NCBI RefSeq assembly: GCF_009914755.1
Contig: NC_060926.1
From: the human T2T-CHM13v2.0 reference genome, Homo sapiens
Reading direction: 5' to 3' (one strand)
Length of the DNA: 64,000 bases
The notes under the pieces were generated by a model. That model saw nothing but the letters and a program-made list of their open reading frames with translations. It did no database searches and was not told where the DNA came from. The position numbers and the translations under genes are program-made. Positions 13,037 to 25,306 of the stretch are shown one piece after another; position 1 is the first letter of the stretch, and every line of letters begins with the position of its first letter.

Positions 13037-14399
13037 TTGTCCATTTCTAAAATGGAAATAGTTAAAAATGCATTCACAAGTAGTAATATTTGAGTGGACT
13101 TCAATTATTTATGAAATTCTGTACCTATCAGATACAGAAACTGCAAAATGCTACAAAAAATTCATCTAATGTATAATATGGAGTGTAACATTGGAAGAGC
13201 AGAGGGGCTGTGAAGTGAGAGTCTCTGTTGAGTTTGTCTTTCACAGACTCAAACAAAATACCTTCGATGTGACTTTACTGGCCCCTATTTTAGTCCCCTG
13301 AGCCTCAACTTTCTGTATTTCATTGGGCTTTGATCACTAATTTACGTAAATTTCACTAATACTTACTGGAGTTTTCTTACATTTGTTTGCTTAAATGTCA
13401 GCAAAAGGAAAATGCAATACTCCAGAATAAAATCATGAACTAAATTAAGAAACAAAGTAAAAAGACTGTGCTTTAAAATATTCTATTATTATTCAGTTTC
13501 AACCTTGTTTTTATTGTTTGTATTTCCACTTGTGGATTGTGAGAGAAAAACACAGTTAAAAAGTTGAGTATGTCAGACAGTGGATTGTCCTTGGATAGTG
13601 TGTGGTTTGGACTCTTCCACACATTTCCAGTGTTATCGCTCTTTAAGAAGTCCCAATTCTCCTCTGTTCATTCAAACTAAGCTTCTCAAAGTTTCCCCCA
13701 GGCACTTCATTTTATCTCATGACTCCTTGAATGTAGGACTGCTTTTTGACAATAATGCATTTTTCTGCTTTTTTCCTTTTCTTGTTTATCCTTAAAGATT
13801 TGGCTTCTGTGTTACTTCTTATTAGCAGTGATCCCTGCCTGCCCTCACCGAGCTCAGGGAGTTAGGGGACTATTCTTTGTACACATTGTGTCCTGTGCTA
13901 TCCTTTTCACATCACCTACATTTGTTATACTTAAGAACTTGATTTTTTTTTTTCTCAACATTTTCTACACTTGCTTGCGACTTCTTTGAGAAGAGAAACT
14001 GCATTCTTACTTCCCAGTAGCCAATAAGTAGACACATAGTAAACATTTATTGTATGGATGGCTTATGGGGTTTACTACAAGTCTGTTTTGTTTCAGAGAA
14101 AGAATTGCCCACTTGTGAGTGGGTCAAACGGTGGAAATTTTCTTGCATGGTTTCAATTTAACATTCCCTTTTCCTAACGTCCAGTGGAATTTTCTGGACC
14201 TTGATGATAACTTTTAGGTTATGTGGTGATTTTTAATGTACTTTGAGTCAAACTAAAAATCCGTTGTCGTCTTTGGGACATACTAGACCAAATTAGTTTC
14301 GGAGAGTTCATTACATTCCCCATGGCTTCGGAGGTCAAAACCTCTCCTGAAGTTCACTTTACTATAAATAAGTACTTATTTAGATTTTATTTAGGGATG

Positions 14400-15135
14400 G
14401 GTTTATAATGTATACAGATATAATTTGTATTGTAATAATAACACATGGAAGGAAGAAAGTTATAGAGTTAATGAGGAAAAAATTGTATACTGTTGAAACT
14501 AAGTTGATGTTATATGAAGTAGATTGTTTTAAGTTAAGTTGCAAATGTAATTCCCAGGGCAATCACTATGAAATAATCCAAAAATAGGAAGTAAAGAAAA
14601 CAACATGGAAATAAAAATGATATACTAGAATATGTCTATTTAAAACAAAAGAAAGAAGTAATGGAAGAAAACAGAAAAAAAGAAATAAAATATACACGTA
14701 CCAATTTGGCATAAATAAATCCTACCTAACCAGTAATGAGACTTAAAATGAATGAACTAAACATTTCAATCAAAAGGCAGAGATTGGAAGATTAGTTTAA
14801 AAAACATATGATCCAACTAGATGTTGGATAAATGAAACAAAATTTACTTTCAAAGACACAAATAAGTAAGGATTAAAAAAGATGTACCATTCATAAAATG
14901 CCCAAAAGAGAGTTGGAATGGTTATACTATATGATGTGTTTTGTTTTTGTTTTCAATGAAATTATAAATGAAAATGAAAACAAATTATACAAAAATTTAT
15001 AGAATGCAGCTGAAGCAGTGCTCAGAAGGAGATTTTACAGGCCTATTTTTAAAAAGAAGAAAGATGGCAAATCAATAATGCAGCCTTCAATCTTATGAAT
15101 TTTTTTAAATAAAAAAACATACTAAACCTGGAGCA
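14400..15135 (+). mobile_element. Old L1M fragment (inter-ORF / ORF2 start, internally deleted)
   Basis: ATCAAAAGGCAGAGATTG, GATCCAACTA, AATGCAGCTGAAGCAGTGCTCAGA: decayed ORF2 motifs. Confidence 0.7.
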
Positions 15136-15185
15136 TGTATGAGTAATAATACATACTAATACATATTAATACACAAGGAACAAGC

Positions 15186-15335
15186 ATTAGGGTTCTTCAG
15201 AAAGATAGAAACAGTAGGATATATACAGAGAGATGGATAGATATTTGAGAGAAGATGAATTAGGGAAACTGGCTTATACCAGTTCTGGAGGCTAAGAAGT
15301 CCCACAGTGGTCTGCCTGCAAGCTGGAGACCCTGG
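15186..15335 (-). mobile_element. MLT2-like LTR fragment (ERVL)
   Basis: AGGGTTCTTCAGA..., GGAGGCTAAGAAGTCCCAC, GCAAGCTGGAGACCC. Confidence 0.7.
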
Positions 15336-15769
15336 GTGATCTACTACACCCAATAGAGTACTAAGAATGGTGTTTGGAGAATGAGTATGCCAACAAATGT
15401 TGTTACAATTTAACCTACAAAAACTGGAGCCTGAATATAGACAGAAGTATTGTCAAATGGATTTTTGAGCAGACAAAGAATGAATTCCTTCCATTAACAT
15501 TGTATCATTTGACTCCTGGAAAATTTTTTAAAACATATTTATGAATATTTCTTAAATACTGGCCTTAGAACATGATTGAGGGTCTTTCTTCCCTCCAGTT
15601 CCCACACAGAGTCCTTTGCTTATCACTGACTAGCAGACTCTTCATTTATAAATTGTTGACAATCTACTTTCTAGAAGATAAACTGATCATTTGTTGTTGT
15701 CAAACGATAAGCCTCAAACTATAAGAAAGAAAAAGGAAAAGGAGAAAAAGACAAAAAGAACGTAATATT

Positions 15770-16578
15770 TTTCCAATTGTTCATATAAAACCTTGGAGTC
15801 ATCATTGACCCCTTTCTGCCTCTCACACTCCCAGTCCAATCACTCAGATCATCTTGCCCACTTTGTCTTCAAGTTATATACAAAATTTAACCACTTCTTG
15901 TCATCTGTACTGCCACCACTGCAGATCAAGCTACCTTCATCTCTTACCTGGATTAGTAAAAAGCTTATAAGTTGATATATCAGCTTCACTACTTATCTCC
16001 GCTCCAAGTATTCTCAAAACAACAGCCAGAGTAATCTTACCAGGTTAGTCAGATCTTGTCACTCTTCTGCTCAATACACTTCAGGCATGTCTTCTCCATC
16101 AGAATAAAAATCACCATTGAGGAAGACCTACAGGGTCATATATGATATTTCTGACATTCATTTTACACTAATTTTACCTTCCCTCACTGTGCATGAGCTA
16201 GTGCTTCCTCATTGTTCCAGGGATGAGCCATTTGCGTCTGCCTTAGTTTTTATGCATTTGCTTTTTCTTATCTTTAGAATGCTTGTCCTCAAGAGTCTAC
16301 CTGGCTCACTCATTCACTTTACTGGAATGTCACCTTTTCATGAAATTGTGCTGATTCTTCGAGCCATCCTATCTATTATTCTACATATGATCCTTCCTGT
16401 CCCTCTTCCTTGCATTTTTTCTCCCCTTCCCACTCTCATCATCTAATATACTATACATTTTAATTGTCTTTTGAATTGATCTCAATTTCTCCCACTAGAA
16501 TGAATGTCCTATAGGGCAGGGATTTTTGCCTGTGTCTAGAGCAGTGCTTGGCACATAAGAAGTTTCTATAAATGTTAG
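15770..16578 (+). mobile_element. L2a 3' portion
   Basis: AACCTTGGAGTCATC, ACAGCCAGAGTAATC, CCCACTAGAATG..GGGCAGGGATTTT..GTGCTTGGCACAT. Confidence 0.8.
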
Positions 16579-16624
16579 TCCTTCTGGGAGACAGATGCAG
16601 AATTGAACTGTTTACACATATTTT

Positions 16625-16765
16625 TTCACTTTATCTTCCTAATAGCTCTATTATGCTGATATTTGTATCCCCCCCCTTTTTAAGGTGAAGATACTGAAAC
16701 TGACAGAGGGTAAAATATGTGAATCTAGGTCTTTCTGACTTCAAAGCTATTATTCTTTATTATAT
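16625..16765 (-). mobile_element. MIR fragment
   Basis: TTTTAAGGTGAAGATACTGAAAC..AGAGGGTAA..GAATCTAGGTCTTTCTGACT, MIR-core-like. Confidence 0.55.
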
Positions 16766-17694
16766 CTTAGTTACTTTTACTCAGAAAATAAGTGTTATGT
16801 GACAGGTCCTTAGGTCTTTATTTTCCTTTTATCTGGGACTCTATTCAATCTTCCTTTCACTCTCTGACTTTTCATGTTAACACTGCAAAGACGACCCATT
16901 GTGAAGCCTGGCTTAGCCACGCTGTCACAAGCTCCTTTAAAATCTCACTAGTTGGAGTGGAGCTGTCAGCCTTTTGTGAACAAGGCAAGCTTCTCACTGA
17001 AAGAAAAGGCCAATGACATGGTGTACCTTGTAAAAGCTATCATAGTGGAAAAGAACATGCAGCAATGTTCACATCATGAAGAGAAATGTCACCAGATGCA
17101 TATAATTTTTAAATTCTTACCTATATTTTTATACACACTACTTGGGTTAACAGTTCTGAGACAATAAAAGAAAGACACAATCACTGTGTTCAGTTCAGTT
17201 GCTTCAAATGTAAAAAAAAAAAGGCTGTATAAAAGTGAATATCAGGTTAGTAGTCTGAAATATTGCCTATTGATCTAATCAAAAGAGAACATTCAAAATG
17301 AATGTAGTCCAGGTTTATGTAATATTTAGAACAAGTCAAATGCTTAGTACTTTTGTGGTAAAAGTTTTATGATTCTTGAATACTAATGGCAGAAAAGTCA
17401 AGGACTGCAATGATAAAGTCGAAATAAAACGTGAAACCAAGTGGAATTGCTAGAATTTGAGTCATTAGGAATGAAGGAAAATCAGAGCAGAAAGAACAGT
17501 GTAATGATTTAATAGGAATCTTTGCTTCCTATGTCAGTCCAAGATTTATGTGAACAAGAGTTTTTGAGAACTCATGATGGAAAGGAGAAAAAGGTGAAAA
17601 AGGATTTTAAGCCTTAGCTCGTTGATTTTAGATTTGAGATTTGTTAAACTTCTCACAGTGAGTAATAAAAAATTCCATAAAAAGAATATCTGTT

Positions 17695-17994
17695 GGCCAG
17701 GCGCGGTGGCTCACGCCTATAATCCCAGCACTTTGGGAGGCCGAGGCAGGCGGATCACAAGATCAGGAGATCGAGACCATCCTGGCTAACAGGGTGAAAC
17801 CCGCCTCTACTAAAAATACAAAAAAAATTAGCCGGGCGTGGTGGCAGGCGCCTGTAGTCCCAGCTACTGGGAGGCTGAGGCAGGAGAATGGCGTGAACGT
17901 GGGAGGCAGAGCTTGCAGTGAGCCGAGATTGTGCCACTGCAATCCAGCCTGGGCGACGGAGTGAGAGTCTGTCTCAAACAAAAAAAAAAAAGGG
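17695..17994 (+). mobile_element. AluY
   Basis: GAGATCGAGACCATCCTGGCTAAC, GAATGGCGTGAAC, GAGCTTGCAG. TSD AGAATATCTGTT at 17683-17694 / 17995-18006. Confidence 0.97.
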
Positions 17995-18130
17995 AGAATA
18001 TCTGTTGAAGAAAGTTATCAAAACATATGTGTATGCTTATGAGTGTGTTTCATTATATGTGCATGTATATATATGTATGTGTGAGCATACACACATATAT
18101 TTCCCAAAAAGCTTATTTTCATGATTTCTC

Positions 18131-18513
18131 TGTATTGTCAGAATGTGCTAGGATAATACTGGCTGCTTTTACAGATAAAAGCAGAAAAGCTCTCACTCTT
18201 CATGACTTGCACTCTAACAAGTTCATTCCTCACTCAATGTATTAGACCCAAGTAGGTGTTCACAGTCAGTCCTGCAGGAAGAGATTAGAGGATCTAGTTA
18301 CCCAGGGATCATCTCCATTCCTTCCAACTGAAAGGGAAACAAACAAGGAGGAGCACGCCTGGGGAGGTTTTCACAGGCCAGGACTGGAAATGCACATTTC
18401 TCTTTTCCTCACATTCCAGTAAGTAGATCTCCATTATATGGCTACGTGTAATACAGCCATGTGCCCAGGAAGAAGACAAGTCTGATTTTGAGAACAGATA
18501 GCAATTTGCCTCA
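18131..18513 (-). mobile_element. Old MLT1 (MLT1J/K-like) LTR
   Basis: GGCCAGGACTGGAA, TCACATTCCA, GTGCCCAGGAAGAAGA motifs. Heavily diverged. Confidence 0.6.
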
Positions 18514-19303
18514 TTAGAATAGAACATGCTCATTGAACTTTTACTATGGGCAAGGCAGTGATCCAGAAAGTAGAACATACACATTTGAGTATCATTTTTT
18601 TTTTTTTTGAGAAACCAAATATAGAATACTAATTGTATAGTTTTTTGATAACAATTAAGTTGTTCCATTTGGATTATAAAAATATATAATAGTACCTATT
18701 TGGGCTCATGTCATATGTTTTATTAACATGTACTTCCTGGTTTATATCAAATTACAGAATTTTAGAGTTTCAGAATAATTTGAATTTAGAAAGCTATTAC
18801 TGTAATTATGTGGGGGCATTAATGGAGGCTTGTAATTGTAATGCTGAAAATATAAATTAATTGGCTTGTAAATGAGACAGGTATAGCAAGTAAATGAGGT
18901 CCTGAGGGTATATTTTTATTCAGCTACTGAGTTGCAGGATAAAGTCAAAATATTTACCGAGGTTAATGGAATAATTATATAGGATTTATCTATGCTATTA
19001 AAATTACATTTAAAATATAGAGCTATATTGCTTACCTTAAATTATAAAATGAGCTTTCTCCAAATTCAAAATGCTTGTAATTCACAGTCATTTTTGGATT
19101 ACTGTAAAAAGGTAACTAACTGCCTTTTTACAATTAGGAATTTATTTACAACTTTCTCTTCCAATCCATTTTCTAGTCTTTTATACAAAAGACTCATCTG
19201 CTTTCAAGGTTAGTTCATTTAAGTCATAAGGTAGAGAGAAGCAAGTACAGAATACAACACAGAACCACAGCCATAAGGTAGATTTCTCAAGTACTGTCCC
19301 TAA

Positions 19304-20069
19304 TGTTACCGGGGGTCCTTGCTTCCAGAGCTCCCAAGATGGTGGTGGGCCACTTCCAAGATGGTGGCAAGAGTCGTATTCTCTGACCTGGGGTTCTTGG
19401 TCTCATGGATTCCAAGGAATGGAATCTTGCGCCATGTGGTGAGTGTTATAACTCTATTAGAAGTCGTGGGTCGCGGAAGGGAACCATGGACCCCAGTGAC
19501 TAGTGTTCAACTCGATTAGGACGAATCCAGGCACTTAGGCCTGCAGGAACAATGGCAAGCCTTTAACTTGATGTGGAGCAGCAATGGGCGCCTCGCTGGA
19601 TTAGGAGCACAGTGGGCACCCTGCTGGATCCAGAGGGATGGAAGTCAGCGGAGTGTCTGCCACGGCGTCAAAACAGCAGTGGTGCACTGCCAGCGAAAGC
19701 TCAGTTCGAGCTGTAACAAACACGTACCAGTAGAGTATTAAATCTTGCAGTTGCAAGATTTAATAGAGTGAAACAGGGTGAAAACAGAGCTCCCATACAA
19801 GGAGGGGACCCAAAGGGGGTTGCCGTTGCTGGCTCGAATGCCTGGGTTTATATACTGATCATTGTCCCTACCGCTGTGCTCTCAGGCAATAGATGATTGG
19901 CTATTTCTTTACCTCCTGTTTTTGCCTAATTAGCATTTGGTGAGCTCTCTGATTGGTCAGGTGTGAGCTCAGTTGCAAGCCCCATGTTTAAAGGTTGATG
20001 CGATCACCTTCCCAGCTAGGCTTAGGGATTCTTAGTCGACCTAGGAAATCCAGCTAGTCCTGTCTCTCA
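19304..20069 (-). mobile_element. LTR17 (HERV-W) complete solo LTR
   Basis: Minus strand begins TGAGAGACAGGACTAGCTGGATTTCCTAGG and ends ...GGTAACA. Two CCAAT boxes, TATATAAA (19847-19854) and ATTAAA. 4-bp TSD CTAA at 19300-19303 / 20070-20073. Confidence 0.96.
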
Positions 20070-20100
20070 CTAACAGAGACTTAACATTAACAGTTGGGAC

Positions 20101-20250
20101 TTCCTTGTTTCTCTCACTTTTTTCCTTTCCTTTCCTTTTTTTAAAAAAAATTTTCTTTCTCTTCTTTCCCTCCCTCCCTCCCTCCTTCCCTCCCTCCCTT
20201 CCTTCCTTCCTTTCGTTCCCCTTCTGTTTTTTCTTTGTTTTTTTTCTTTT
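20101..20250. repeat. CT-rich / (TCCC/TTCC)n low-complexity tract
   Basis: Seen directly. Confidence 0.9.
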
Positions 20251-20761
20251 AATTCTATCAAGTCTTTAGATTGTTTTTCCAGTAGATCCTTAATTTATTT
20301 GTTGAAATGAAGAAAGTGGAAGTCAAGCATTTGCTTTCACCTAAGCTACACTCTCTGCTTCTAGGGAATAGTGCTGGAGATCATCACCTTTATATCTCCT
20401 TACATGGGGGCAGCTTTTCCAAGAGGAGTTAAGAAACTATTTCACAAAGCATATCAAATTAATCTTCTCAATATCCTTCCAGTTAGCTTATGCCTGGTCG
20501 CTTTTCCAAGAAAGCTTCAGATATAAATATCACTCATTTCTATTTGCCTAAACCTTGTGTTTTTTAATTGCCTTTTTGAACTTAAGTGGTTTAATAAATA
20601 TTCTCCATTTTAAGAAACAATTTTATTCAAGCTCATTAAATATTCTGCATTTGCTTAAATAAAATATGTCACCTAAAAATTGAAAGCATAGGAGCAAATA
20701 TATAAATTATTACTTGTATGTTTATAATCCAAATAAAACATCTTCAACAAGAGGTATATAA

Positions 20762-20976
20762 CAGGGTTTTTTAAACCTTGGCATTATTGCCTTTTGAACT
20801 AGATAATTCTTTGTTGTGGGGGACTGTCCTTATACTGTAGGATATTTAGCAAGATTCCTGGCTTCTATCCACTAGATGCTAGCCAGTTGCAACAACCTAA
20901 AATGTCTCCAGATATTGTCAAATGTCCATGAGTGAGAGCACTGGAGGTGTAAAGTTGTATCAGTTGAGAACCACTG
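20762..20976 (-). mobile_element. MER20 (hAT-Charlie)
   Basis: GATAATTCTTTGTTGTGGGGG, CCACTAGATGC, AAAATGTCTCCAGA, GTTGAGAACCACTG. Near-TSD GGTATATA/GGCATATA. Confidence 0.9.
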
Positions 20977-21852
20977 GGCATATATTGCAAATAGTCTTTT
21001 GTATGCTCTTAACTTTTGATAAAATATCACAGTCCTCCTTAGAGTAACTCACTATCCACAGGGCAAAACTGTTTACATGTAATGTAGCTGTTAATCAATA
21101 TAGGCCTTAGGCAAGTCTATGCTGAATAAGACTCTGTGGGCTAATTCAATGGTTTTAGGTTTCATAATGACAGAGAAACTAACATCTTTTTGGTATGGTT
21201 GAGCCAATTTAGTTACTAAAGAGTCAACAAATTGTCTTGATAGGACAAATTGGGTCAATAATTCTACAATAATTTTTTTAGTGTTTTGACATTAAATTCG
21301 GGGAGAATACACTAAATAAGAAAGAAGAGTCATAGCTTAGTTAGAGTTTAATTTTAAGATTATTCTTTAGCTGTTTCATCTGTTTTATTCATTGTTGAAA
21401 AAGAAACAATTATCTGGTGAATTTCAATCCTGTAAAAATTCTTTGGGATGAATTTTGCCTAAAAAGGCATTACATATTTTCTATAGTTCTCAGGTTTCGG
21501 TTTGTGATGTTTTTGAGAAATACTTAAATTCTGAAACTCTTACAGCCCTCTTCTGACTAGCCTTGGGGCAACTTCAGTAGTAGGAACATTCTAGATGTAA
21601 ATTAAAACATTTTAGCAAGGTAAAGCTATTCAAAATAATGACTCAGTTTGGCAGTCAGAAAGTAATTCTCCTGGAAGCATTCACACTGGGGTATTCACCA
21701 GCAAATGAGAAACACTTAACTAGAAGATTGAAAGGGAAGAATGAAATCATTGTTTCCAATTCTCAGCAGCTTTCACTTCTATTCTTCCTTAACTAGTCAG
21801 TTCACAAATTGTTGTGAGAGAATATAGTTTAGGTTAAATCTTCAAGTCTTAC

Positions 21853-21985
21853 CTGTAGTGTTATTTAAGTGATCTTGGTATATGTAATAAACACACAATT
21901 GAGCAGCTAATTGTTGCAGCATAACTCCAATCCAATTGCACATTCACTTTCAGGTGCCACAGGGTCTTCTAAGCCCTGGTGAATG
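21853..21985 (-). other. Candidate non-coding exon (minus strand)
   Basis: Acceptor TATTTGCTTTACAG| and donor CAG|GTAAGA, 133 bp. Confidence 0.3.
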
Positions 21986-23500
21986 CTGTAAAGCAAATAC
22001 ATCTCATTTATCTCTTTGCATATTCCACAAATTTTACCATATAACCTATATGTAGGAACTCTCATTCCATACTTATCTTTAGTCTGTGTATAGAGACAGA
22101 ATATTGACCGAGAATAGAAAAATAAGGCTGGTTAGATTACCTTTGTCAAGCTTATGCTACACCCTAATGGGGTTCAGGACACACTATCCCAAAATGTAGC
22201 TAGACAATGAGTTCTCTGAGAGCAGGATCCACCTATTTGGTTGTAATAGTTTTGTTTCTATAAATGTTGAATGAGTGGATCGATTTATCAAAATAGAGTT
22301 TATGAACATAAAAAATTGCCTTATGCAACCAAGTTTGATAATAACAACATGACCTTGATATTAAACTGAAAAAAGGCATCTTCCAGTCTCTACTATTACC
22401 ACCTCTCCCCAACTATTATAGCCATTCAAATCTCTAACCAGGCTGAATATTAAATAAAATGGTTTACCATCTGATGTTAAGGTATAAAGATAAGATTTTT
22501 TTTTTTCTGAATTAAACAAAATAGTCCAAAGAAGAAGGAAGAAGAAAGGTGATATAATGAGAATGTAAGTATCCAAGAAATATTGACTGTTTTGATTTAT
22601 GTAATGAAATTAAAAAGTCGAAAGCCAGTTTTAAAGCATTTCAAAGTAATATCACAGAAATTAATTTGAAGGATACATTTAATGTTTTGAATCATAACCT
22701 GTCAAGCCTGGCATGCATTTTAACTGAGTTTTAAAAAAAAGCATTCTGACGCTATTGTATGGACATTAGAGTTTTAAATACAACAGAACTACCTAAGAAA
22801 TAATGATACAATAGAAATCAGTTTCCTGGCTGTAATAAAGTATTTCAGTTGAAATCATGATAAATGTTAAAGGAAATATTTTGATTATTTAAATAACAAA
22901 ATTGGCTGTTTGTAAAACCTGGTTAAACCTGATAACTTCTAGAACAATATTTCTGATTTTAACTCCATTCTGCTTTCTTTAATTTTGTACAGACACACAC
23001 ATGCACATAAGTTTATTAAATTTTCACAAACTGAACACCCCTGTGCAACCAATACCTGGATCTAAAAAGAGAACATTTTCAACCCACCAAAAGCCCTCAT
23101 TATGCCTTTTTATCTGTACCTGCCCTCCAAAGTAATTACTAATTATTATGCACTTAAATGATAAGGGCTGTAGAGATATGGATGGGGCACCAAGAGCTTC
23201 TGCTACAGTTTACTCCTTGCCCTAACCAGATCCCCGCTTGTCTGGTATTAAGTTTAATCTATCACTGTTTCTTCATGTGGCAGTTGGTCAGTGTTTCACT
23301 GAAAAAAACACAATAGAAGAGGTGGGACTATAGTCAGCACTGCTTCATTGATTCTGAAGCTGAAATTTATATTTAGTATTTCTCCACCTCTTTCTCCAAT
23401 TTTACATTCCCTTCATTCTCAACCAGCCCTCTCACTGTTATGGGTTGCCTATCCAGTAGATAAATATAGAATTTAATCATTCAGAAGTCTGTGCCACTGG

Positions 23501-23650
23501 ATAGCATATCCTTATAAGGCCATGCTTGCTATAATTACCCATTAACAGATATCACTCAACATGGTAACTTAAGAAAGAAAGAATAGCATGCCCTTGTAAG
23601 GCCATGCTTTCTATAATTACCCATTAACAGATATCACTCAACATGGTAAC
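23501..23650 (+). repeat. 68-bp direct duplication (23501-23568 and 23583-23650) with a 14-nt spacer
   Basis: 64/68 identity; spacer TTAAGAAAGAAAGA. Confidence 0.95.
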
Positions 23651-24039
23651 TGTCAGGCCTCTGAGTCTAAGCTAAGCCATCGTATCCCCTGTGACATGCA
23701 CGTATACATCCAGATGGCCTGAAGCAACTGAAGATCCACAAAAGAAGTGAAAATAGCCTTAACTGATGACATTCCACCATTGTGATTTGTTCCTGCCCCA
23801 CCCTAACTGATACGATATATTCTCCCCTGCCCTTAAGAAGGTACTTTGTAATATTTTCCCCACCCTTGAGAATGTACTTTGTACGCCTATCCCAAATCTA
23901 TAAGAACTAATGATAATCCCACCACCCTTTGCTGACTCCTTTTTTGGACTCAGCCCACCTGCGCCCAGGTGAAATAAACAGCCTTGTTGCTCACACAAAG
24001 CCTGTTTGGTGGACTCTCTTCACATGGACGCGCATGACA
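23651..24039 (+). mobile_element. LTR7-family (HERV-H; LTR7B-like) solo LTR
   Basis: TGTCAGGCCTCTGAG...CACATGGACGCGCATGACA, with TATAAG and AATAAA. 5-bp TSD GTAAC at 23646-23650 / 24040-24044. Confidence 0.95.
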
Positions 24040-24675
24040 GTAACACCAGGAGATTCCCCAAGGACTATCTTAAAGTTTAGACATAATTCTTCTTAACCCC
24101 ATCAGGTAGTAGCATTCCTAGCTCTTGATGATAATCAAGTTCTATTATTCTTGCTAATATAGTAACTTTGTTTGTTTTGCTTGCTGGTCTTTTGGCAGGA
24201 GAAGCGTCAGATAATTAGGCAGCAGTCCAACAATTAGGTTTTGTGGAACTTTTACTATGTCATCTATTTATTGGAATTCCCCCTGGATACCAGGACCCCC
24301 TCCAGCAGAGCTTAAAGTTATAGTTACAGGAAGTACAAATTCCGTATGTGGATCCCTGGAAGTGTGATGAGAAGAACCACTGTTTCCAAGATCTATTTAT
24401 TCTATTTATCAGGCCTATAAAATCATGTAATGGCCATGGCTTCAACTAGACTCCACATCTTGAATCACAGAACTCAACGAATGGCATCAACTACAAGCTG
24501 GTATTCTGCTATACATTTAAGAGGCCATTTTAATATTCTATTAGTCTAGCAGCTTCTAAGTGATGAGGGATATGGGGGGACTGGAGGATCCCGTGCTCAC
24601 TTCCTTTTCTGTAAAAGGAGCTCTTTGATCCAAGGTGACATGGTATGGGATCCAATGACAATAAATCAGTTATTC

Positions 24676-25136
24676 TGTGAACCCTGATCAAAACTTGACT
24701 CAACTTTTGACAGTTAGGTTTTTTCCTGACCACAGACTCCTCACCTTTCTTTTCTTAGAAAATTTACATTGGAAAACAGATGTAAATTTTCTCCAGCCTC
24801 TTGCAAGGTTTACAGTCCAGGACTTTGAGGTCCTGGGAGTCATCCTTTTGAAATACAATCATCAAAGAAGATAGTGCTCCAATCTCCTAGTCTCTGTGGG
24901 AGGGTTGGAACCTAACTTCAGTAAACTAATCACCAATTAGCAAACACAGAGGGGCTGATCATACTGACCCACTTTCCCACTAAAATGTCTAGTACTTTCC
25001 ACCAGCTCACCACAGTGCTTAAAAACTCTCCTGTCTTTTGTTTTACTAGAGTTGAGTCCAATCTCTTTCATCTATTGCAATAGTGTTGAATAAAGTCTTC
25101 CTTGCCTAACTTGTCATGTGTATTTTTTCTCTGACT
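24676..25136 (+). mobile_element. MER67-like ERV1 LTR
   Basis: CAGCCTCTTGC, CTTTTGAAAT..AATCATCAA, TCTCTGTGGGAGGG, TTGAATAAAGTCTTCCTTGCC. No TSD resolved. Confidence 0.7.
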
Positions 25137-25306
25137 GCCTTCAGAGAGTGTTATTGTCCAAGACACTGAAAAATAGAAACACAACCTTCATCTAGAAAAT
25201 GCAAGAATCTCAGTAAAGATGAATCATTGTTCTGCCACCATGGAAGGCAGCTAGTTGTAGTCAATTAGCCAAAAAGTACCTGGTTGGTTTCCTTGAGGGG
25301 ATGGCA

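Noticed and set aside
22164-22280. ~35-bp LTR-start-like stub (GGGTTCAGGACACACTATCCCAAAAT) next to an L2-like tail
   Set aside because: Too short to assign a family or infer a deletion reliably.
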